Assembly (NCBI GenBank): GCA_051117635.1 | Contig: JBNPEH010000029.1 | Span: 53,861-117,860 of the forward strand | Direction: 5' to 3' | Length of the DNA: 64,000 nucleotides | Source of the DNA: Opitutales bacterium | GTDB lineage: Bacteria; Verrucomicrobiota; Verrucomicrobiia; Opitutales; JABSRG01 | The notes under the pieces: model-generated | Told to the model about the DNA's origin: nothing | The model's database searches: none | What the model saw: the letters and a program-made list of their open reading frames with translations, nothing else | Shown: in pieces, positions 57,655 to 64,000 of the stretch | Layout of the letters: each line of letters starts with the position of its first letter | How positions within the stretch are numbered: the first letter of the stretch is position 1 | Translations under genes and position numbers: made by a program

Positions 57655-58976
57655 GCCTCGGATCCGACCGGTTCGGGCTCGGCGTCCGGGGAACCGTGGC
57701 CGCGGCGGTTGAAGCGCTCGTGGTCGAGCTTCCCTTCGGAGTTGGCGACGATGCAGCTGATCGAGGCGTCACCGGTGATGTTCACGGCCGTCCGGACCAT
57801 ATCGAGGAGGCGGTCCACCCCGAGCACCAGGCCGATCCCTTCGACCGGCAGCCCGACCTGGGTCAACACCATGCTGAGCATGATGAGGCCGACACCGGGG
57901 ACACCGGCCGTGCCGATGGAGGCGAGGGTCGCGGTCAGGATCACCATCAGGTAGTCGGTGATGCCGAGGCCCATGGTGTAGGCCTGGGCGATAAAGACGG
58001 TGGCGACACCCTGCATGATGGCGGTCCCATCCATATTGATCGTCGCGCCCAGGGGCACGGTGAAACTGGCGACCGATTTGTCGACCCCCAGCTCTTCTTC
58101 GCATACCTCCATCGTGACGGGAATGGTCGCGTTGCTGCTGGCGGTGGAAAAGGCGAAAATCTGGGCCTTGCGGATCTTGCCGATGAAACGGGAGGGCCGG
58201 AGACGGCCCAGCCCCTTGAGCAACAGGGGATAGGTCAGGAAGGCGTGCAGGATCAGAACACTCAGGACCAGAAAGAAGTACTTGGCCAGGGGCGCGATGG
58301 CGGAAAACCCCTCCTGCCCGAAGGTCCGCGCGATCAGCGCGAAGACACCGTAGGGCGCCAGCTCGATCAGGATCATCACCAGTTTCATGATGATGGCGTT
58401 AAGATCCCTGAAAATGCCGAGCACCCGCTGACCGGGATCGCCGGACAAGGTCATCGCGATGCCGAAGAGAATGGCGAAGACGATGATCTGAAGCATATTC
58501 CCCTCGGCCATCGCTTCGACCGGGTTGGTCGGAAAGATGTCGACGATCGTTTCGGTCAGGCTCGGGGCTTCCTTCCCCTCGAAGGTGACATCCGTGTCGA
58601 GCTGAAACCCGACACCCGGCTTGACCAGCACCGCCGCCGTCAGCGCCAGCGTGATCGCGACAGCCGTTGTGCCAAGGTACAACAGCAGGGTTTTCCCACC
58701 GACCCGGCCCAGACGGGCGATGTCGTCCAGCGCCGCCGTACCGCAGACCAGGGAGACGAACACCAGCGGCACGACCAGCAGCTTGAGCGCGGCCACGAAG
58801 ATGCGACCGACCACCTCCAAAATGCCGTCGGTCAGCCAGGCTCGGATCCAGCCCTCGTTCCCGATCAGATTGATGGCCACACCGAGGATCGCCCCGAGCG
58901 CCATCGCGATCAGGATGCGGCCGGTCAGGCTCAGCTTTTTCTTTTCAGGAGCCGGAGATGAGGAAGGATCAACCAT
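57651..58976 (-). CDS. Dicarboxylate/amino acid:cation symporter (DAACS)
   Basis: FSTASSNAT, GATINMDGT, GTAGVPG, DRLLDM.RT.VN.TGD. Confidence 0.95.
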   Translation of the reverse strand: MVDPSSSPAPEKKKLSLTGRILIAMALGAILGVAINLIGNEGWIRAWLTDGILEVVGRIFVAALKLLVVPLVFVSLVCGTAALDDIARLGRVGGKTLLLYLGTTAVAITLALTAAVLVKPGVGFQLDTDVTFEGKEAPSLTETIVDIFPTNPVEAMAEGNMLQIIVFAILFGIAMTLSGDPGQRVLGIFRDLNAIIMKLVMILIELAPYGVFALIARTFGQEGFSAIAPLAKYFFLVLSVLILHAFLTYPLLLKGLGRLRPSRFIGKIRKAQIFAFSTASSNATIPVTMEVCEEELGVDKSVASFTVPLGATINMDGTAIMQGVATVFIAQAYTMGLGITDYLMVILTATLASIGTAGVPGVGLIMLSMVLTQVGLPVEGIGLVLGVDRLLDMVRTAVNITGDASISCIVANSEGKLDHERFNRRGHGSPDAEPEPVGSEA

Positions 58977-59153
58977 GGAACCAGAAATTTCAGGTGCTAG
59001 ACGCCCGACCCGAGGCTGTCGAAGTCTAAGTGGTTTTAATGATTATGCCGTGGCTTCTTCGGGTTTGTTGAATCAACTATATTCCCTTTTAGCCCGGGCT
59101 CCCCATTGAAGCTCGTATGGATGAGCCGCCCCCGGATCAGACGGGGAGGCAGC

Positions 59154-59825
59154 CTACCGGTCCGGCACGAGTTGCCTCAAGGCCGGAACCGACAGGGCGG
59201 TCAATCGGTGAACGACCCGTTGCGCTCCCGAATCCGCCAGCTCGACCTCCGTGTTGGTCGTCGCCACGGCGACCACCGCCATGCCGCCCGCCAGCCCGGC
59301 TTCGATCCCGTGCGTGCTGTCCTCCAGAACAATGCAGTGCTCCGGCTTCGCGCCCGCCCGGTCCGCGGCAGTCAGAAATACCTCGGGATCGGGCTTCCCC
59401 CGGGACACGTCGTCCGCGCTCACAATCCCGCAAAAGGCATCCCGCAACCCCAGTACATCCAGAGCGACTTCCACATTGGCGCGCTCGGTGGACGTGGCGA
59501 TGACGGAGGGGACCCCCGCCGCCTGAAGGGCTTTCACAAGATCTGCCGCCCCCGGCAGGGCCCGGGGCTCGAACCCCGGCTCCCGCAGGATCTCGCGATA
59601 GATTGCCTCCTTGCGCCGGCCCAGACGCGCGACCTCCTCCGGATCGGTCGCCCAGGCCAGGATCTCGGGAATAATGACCTCGTTTTTCTTCCCGAAGCCG
59701 CGCTTGAAGTGCCCCTCGGGCAAGGCCTTGTCCAACTCCCGGGCCAGGCGTTCCCAGCTCAGTTCGTGCTGCCGGGAGGAATCGATGACGACCCCGTCCC
59801 AGTCCCAAAGTACGGCCCGATTCAT
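59154..59825 (-). CDS. HAD-superfamily phosphatase (beta-PGM-like)
   Basis: DWDGVVIDS, KPDP.VF, EDS..G. Confidence 0.9.
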   Translation of the reverse strand: MNRAVLWDWDGVVIDSSRQHELSWERLARELDKALPEGHFKRGFGKKNEVIIPEILAWATDPEEVARLGRRKEAIYREILREPGFEPRALPGAADLVKALQAAGVPSVIATSTERANVEVALDVLGLRDAFCGIVSADDVSRGKPDPEVFLTAADRAGAKPEHCIVLEDSTHGIEAGLAGGMAVVAVATTNTEVELADSGAQRVVHRLTALSVPALRQLVPDR

Positions 59826-59961
59826 GAGGCAAGGGGACCTCAGGAACCGGCTTGCAGCAAGCGGAAAGGCAGCGGATCAACGGGGAAAAATGGCATTGCA
59901 TGAGCCAGGGGACTAACCCTTAGTGATGCCCTTTGCTCGGGTCGGCTCGGGCAAGCCTGTC

Positions 59962-61161
59962 ATGATTATCAAACCGAAAGTCCGCGCTTTCATCTGTGTC
60001 ACCGCGCATCCGGAGGGATGCGCCGCCCACGTCCAGCAGCAGATCGATCGGGTTATCAGCCAGCAGCCGTTTGAAGACGGCCCGAAGAAGGTCCTGGTGA
60101 TCGGCGCCTCGACTGGATACGGCCTCGCCTCCCGCATCACGGCGGCGTTCGGCTACGGGGCCGACACCCTGGGCGTTTTCTTCGAGCGGCCCTCCCAAAA
60201 GGGGAAGCCGGCCTCGCCCGGCTGGTACAACACCGTCGCCTTCGAGCAGGCGGCGAAGAAGGAGGACCTGTACGCCGCCAGCATCAACGGCGATGCGTTT
60301 TCCGACGAAATCAAGCAGCAGACCGTCGAGAAAATCAAAGCCGACCTTGGCGAAGTGGATCTGGTCGTCTACTCGCTTGCCTCGCCTCGCCGCACCGATC
60401 CGGAAACCGGCCGAACCCACAAATCCGTCCTCAAGCCCATCGACCAGACCTATCGTCAGAAGAATCTGGATACAGACAGGAAAGAAATCAACGAAGTGAT
60501 GATCGAGCCCGCCACCGACGAGGAAATCGAAGACACGATCAAGGTGATGGGTGGCGAGGACTGGGAGCGCTGGATGAAGGCGTTGAAAGACGGCGGCGTC
60601 CTCGCCAAAGGCGCCAACGCCGTCGCTTACTCCTACATCGGCCCGGAGGTTACCTGGCCGATTTACAAGAACGGCACCATCGGCAAGGCCAAGGAGGATC
60701 TGGAACGGGCCGCGGCCGCCATCGACCGGGACCTGAAGGAGACCGGCGGGTTCGCCGTTGTCTCCGTCAACAAGGCGATCGTCAGCCAGGCCAGTTCGGC
60801 CATCCCCGTGGTCCCGCTCTACATTTCGCTCCTCTTCGACATTATGAAGGCGCGCGGCACGCATGAAGACTGCATCGAGCAGATGTGCCGCCTCTTCAAG
60901 GACCGCCTGTTCGCGGAGGGGCCCCTTGAGGTCGACGAGGGCGGACGGGTACGCGTCGATGACTGGGAAATGGATCCGGATGTTCAGGCGGAGGTCGCCA
61001 ACCGATGGCACCGGGTCTCCAACGACAATCTGGACGAACTCGCCGACTTCGCCGGTTATCAGGAAAACTTCCTCCGGCTCTTCGGCTTCGGCCTGCCGGG
61101 CGTCGACTACGATGCCGACGTCGACCCCGAGAGGGATATCCCTTCCCTGAAAGGGGAGTGA
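59962..61161 (+). CDS. fabV: Enoyl-ACP reductase / trans-2-enoyl-CoA reductase
   Basis: AHPEGC, GASTGYGLASR, YSLASP, KVMGGEDW, Y..GTIGKAK, TQASSAIP-like, FGF. Confidence 0.95.
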   Translation: MIIKPKVRAFICVTAHPEGCAAHVQQQIDRVISQQPFEDGPKKVLVIGASTGYGLASRITAAFGYGADTLGVFFERPSQKGKPASPGWYNTVAFEQAAKKEDLYAASINGDAFSDEIKQQTVEKIKADLGEVDLVVYSLASPRRTDPETGRTHKSVLKPIDQTYRQKNLDTDRKEINEVMIEPATDEEIEDTIKVMGGEDWERWMKALKDGGVLAKGANAVAYSYIGPEVTWPIYKNGTIGKAKEDLERAAAAIDRDLKETGGFAVVSVNKAIVSQASSAIPVVPLYISLLFDIMKARGTHEDCIEQMCRLFKDRLFAEGPLEVDEGGRVRVDDWEMDPDVQAEVANRWHRVSNDNLDELADFAGYQENFLRLFGFGLPGVDYDADVDPERDIPSLKGE

Positions 61162-61300
61162 CGAAGCTTAACCGCCAATCGGCTCTAACTGAATGAAGGG
61201 TCCGGATCGACTGCGGAGGATCATTCAACCATGCTCAATGAGTTAGGGGGTCGGCGTCATCTATGAGCGGCTTCCAACGATTAAATTAACGCCATCCGTC

Positions 61301-63346
61301 CTAAACGGTCTTTTCCAGGTCGCGGCTGCCGCTGAGTTGGATGACAGCCACGTCGCGGGCGTTGAGGTCGAGGCTGCCGCCGACCCGGTCGCCGGAAAGG
61401 AGATTCACCCCCGCCATGCTCTTCAGCTCGATGGTGTGTCGCCGATGCGTGTGATTGAGAAGGAACAGGAACCGGCCGTTTTCGCCGGAGCGCAGGGTCA
61501 CCTCCACCCCATCCGGTACGTCCAGGGGAGGGTGGATGTCCAACCGATCCAGGAGCGTGGCCAGAGCGCCCCGTAAAAAGCGGAAAGCGGGCTGGGTCGC
61601 CAGGTAGTAGGCCCGGCCTTGCCCGAATTCGTTAACGGTCAGGGCGGGACTGCCCGCCATGAGTTCCTCGCTGAAGATGCCGATGGCCCGGGCACCCTCG
61701 AGGTGGACCCGCTCGGCCATGTGGCTGCAGGCCACCTGGCTACCGTCATCGAGTTTCATGCCGATCTGGCGACCGTCCGGCGCGGGATCCCAGGCCTCCA
61801 CCCAGAGCCCGAACAAATCCTGAAGCAGGCCGGGGAACCCACCGAGGTGCAGATGATCATTACGGTCGACGATACCCGTGAACCAGGAAGACACCAGCAC
61901 CCCACCCGCCCTGACCCAGGCCTTCAGCTTGTCCGCCAGCGGTGCATCCATCATGTAGGCCATGGGCGCGATGATCAGTTTGTACCCGGCGAGGTCCTCG
62001 CCCGGAGACACGAAGGCCACGGGGGTATTCGTCTCAAAAAAGGCCTGGTGATAGGTCTTCAGCATGTCGGAATAGACCATCTGGCGGGGTTTGGACGGCG
62101 CTTCCACCCCCCACCAACTCTCCCAGTCCAGCAGAATGGCACACTCCGGCTCGATGAGGCTGCCGACCACCGGTTTCAGCTTCTTCAGCTCCGCGCCCAG
62201 CCCGGTCACCTCCTTCCAGATCCGGGATGGCCGGGGATGGACAGCCGGCACCATCGCGCCGTGAAACTTTTCACCACCGGCTTTCGATTGCCGCCACTGA
62301 AAAAAAAGCACCCCGTCGCCGCCGCGCGCGACTGCCTGCAGGCTCCAGAGCCGCAGGATGCCGGGGCGCTTGAGGTGATTGACCGGGCGCCAGTTCACCT
62401 GGGAGGTGACCTGCTCCATCAGAAAGAACGGACGGTCCTTCTTATAGCTGCGCGTGAGGTCATGCCCGAGGACCCCGGCATTCACGAGGTTGGCCAGAGG
62501 CAACTCCGGATCGGGATCGGGGTAGCTGTCCCAGCTGGCGACGTCGAGGTGCTCGCTCCAGACAAAGCCATTGACCGGTTTGTGCAGACCCATGAAATTG
62601 GTCGTGACCGGTATGTCCGGCGTGGCCGCGCGCAGGATCCCGGCCTCGTTCAGCATCAGCCGCATCAGCGCCTGGTCGTAGAACCGCTTGTAGTCCAGAT
62701 CCTGAGACGGATTGATAAAGGTCGGCGTCTTGCCGGGCGGCTGAATCTGCTCGAAATCCGTGTAGATCTGACTCCAGAAGGTGGTTCCCCAGGCCTCGTT
62801 CAGGGTCTCAATGGTACCGTATTTCTCTCGCAACCAACTGCGGAAGGCGCGGGCGTCCTCCTCGCCGAAAGAGAGGGGAACATGGCAGGCGTACTCATTG
62901 TTGATGTGCCACATCGCCAAGGCAGGATGATCCTTGTAGCGGTTGGCGATTGCCCGGACCAGCGCGGCGGCATGCTCCTGGTAGGCCCGGCTGTTGGCCG
63001 TGTAAGCCTGCCGGGACCCGTGCCGCCAGACCGTGCCGTCCTGATCGACGGGCAGGCTCTCCGGATGTTCCAGCCCCAGCCAGACCGGCGGTGAGGCAGT
63101 GGCAGTGGCCAGATCGGCGAATATTTCATTTTCGGCCAGCAGGTCCATGATCCGGTCCAGCCAGTCGAAGGTGAATTTGCCGGGAGCGGGGTTCAGGCGG
63201 GCCCAGCTGAAGATACCCACGCTGACAAGGTTCACCCCGGCCTCCTTCATCAACTGCACATCCTCCTTCCAGACAGCTTCCGGCCACTGCTCCGGGTTGT
63301 AGTCGGCACCATAAAATATCTCCGGGAGTTTCTGGGAAATCAGCAT
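61301..63346 (-). CDS. Beta-galactosidase, GH42
   Basis: [41 protein letters not shown]. Confidence 0.95.
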   Translation of the reverse strand: MLISQKLPEIFYGADYNPEQWPEAVWKEDVQLMKEAGVNLVSVGIFSWARLNPAPGKFTFDWLDRIMDLLAENEIFADLATATASPPVWLGLEHPESLPVDQDGTVWRHGSRQAYTANSRAYQEHAAALVRAIANRYKDHPALAMWHINNEYACHVPLSFGEEDARAFRSWLREKYGTIETLNEAWGTTFWSQIYTDFEQIQPPGKTPTFINPSQDLDYKRFYDQALMRLMLNEAGILRAATPDIPVTTNFMGLHKPVNGFVWSEHLDVASWDSYPDPDPELPLANLVNAGVLGHDLTRSYKKDRPFFLMEQVTSQVNWRPVNHLKRPGILRLWSLQAVARGGDGVLFFQWRQSKAGGEKFHGAMVPAVHPRPSRIWKEVTGLGAELKKLKPVVGSLIEPECAILLDWESWWGVEAPSKPRQMVYSDMLKTYHQAFFETNTPVAFVSPGEDLAGYKLIIAPMAYMMDAPLADKLKAWVRAGGVLVSSWFTGIVDRNDHLHLGGFPGLLQDLFGLWVEAWDPAPDGRQIGMKLDDGSQVACSHMAERVHLEGARAIGIFSEELMAGSPALTVNEFGQGRAYYLATQPAFRFLRGALATLLDRLDIHPPLDVPDGVEVTLRSGENGRFLFLLNHTHRRHTIELKSMAGVNLLSGDRVGGSLDLNARDVAVIQLSGSRDLEKTV

Positions 63347-63489
63347 GGATACAGGCTTCGCCAAGCGCCGGCTTCAGGCCAGCCGAAAAGCCCCCTGCCG
63401 CGCATGGAAACGGTTGGCTTCAGATCCTGCAGGCCGCTTTTCGCCGTTGCGGGAATGCAGCGTGGGGATTACGCAACAGGGTTTCCGTC

Positions 63490-64000
63490 ATGACTGCAGA
63501 ATCCAACCGCCCGCCCGCCACACCCGCCGAGGCTTCGGACGCCAAGCCGAAGCACTTTATCCGCCAGATCATCGAGCAGGATGTTCAGGCGGGCAAGCAT
63601 GGCGGGCAGGTCATCACCCGGTTCCCGCCGGAGCCCAACGGCTACCTGCACATCGGGCACGCGAAGTCGATCTGCCTCAACTTCGGCATGGCGCAGGAAT
63701 TCGGCGGTCGCTGCCACCTGCGGTTCGACGACACCAACCCGACAGCCGAGGAAGTGGAGTATGTCGAATCGATCAAGGCTGACATCCGCTGGCTCGGTTT
63801 CGACTGGGGCGAGCACCTGTATTTTGCCTCCGATTATTTCGACCAGCTGTACGCCTTTGCGGAACAACTGATCGTGGACGGGAAAGCCTACGTGGACGAG
63901 TTGACCAGCGAGGAGATCCGGGCTTCCCGCGGCACGCCGACCGAGCCGGGTGAGCCCAGTCCGCACCGCGACCGAGATCCGGCGGCGAGCCTGGACCTGT
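63490..64000 (+). CDS. glnS: Glutaminyl-tRNA synthetase (runs off the window end)
   Basis: [30 protein letters not shown]; missing from the ORF track because there is no stop in the window. Confidence 0.95.
   Translation, partial: MTAESNRPPATPAEASDAKPKHFIRQIIEQDVQAGKHGGQVITRFPPEPNGYLHIGHAKSICLNFGMAQEFGGRCHLRFDDTNPTAEEVEYVESIKADIRWLGFDWGEHLYFASDYFDQLYAFAEQLIVDGKAYVDELTSEEIRASRGTPTEPGEPSPHRDRDPAASLDL

Overview
High-GC bacterial chromosomal window, probably Verrucomicrobiota (Opitutia-like; inferred from a PEP-CTERM protein, a tailed IF-1 and the general gene set). The backbone is housekeeping and metabolic: cysCDN, cysK, folA, tadA, sodA, infA, fabV, glnS, tRNA-Met(CAT), an 8-gene photolyase/DNA-repair operon and several ABC transporters. 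Four features stand out. (1) An integron-type cassette array with no integrase in the window (CALIN-like, 34.5-36.9 kb) has five attC sites; all four complete cassettes are toxin-antitoxin pairs, two toxins are frameshifted and one attC has a point-mutated core. (2) A MITE family (three ~350-bp copies, one 126-bp minimal copy, two end fragments) has 4-bp target duplications and an internal stem whose arms covary between copies; a second MITE family and REP-like repeats are also present. (3) A Rieske ferredoxin plus two amidohydrolase-fold genes coupled to an amino-acid symporter resemble AibH1H2-type dimetal C-H hydroxylases. (4) A RuBisCO-like protein/DUF1537 kinase/racemase-fold/GH43/ABC cluster probably catabolises a sugar acid. 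A candidate sRNA or attenuator lies upstream of the photolyase operon. All product calls come from motif recognition by eye; no searches were run.
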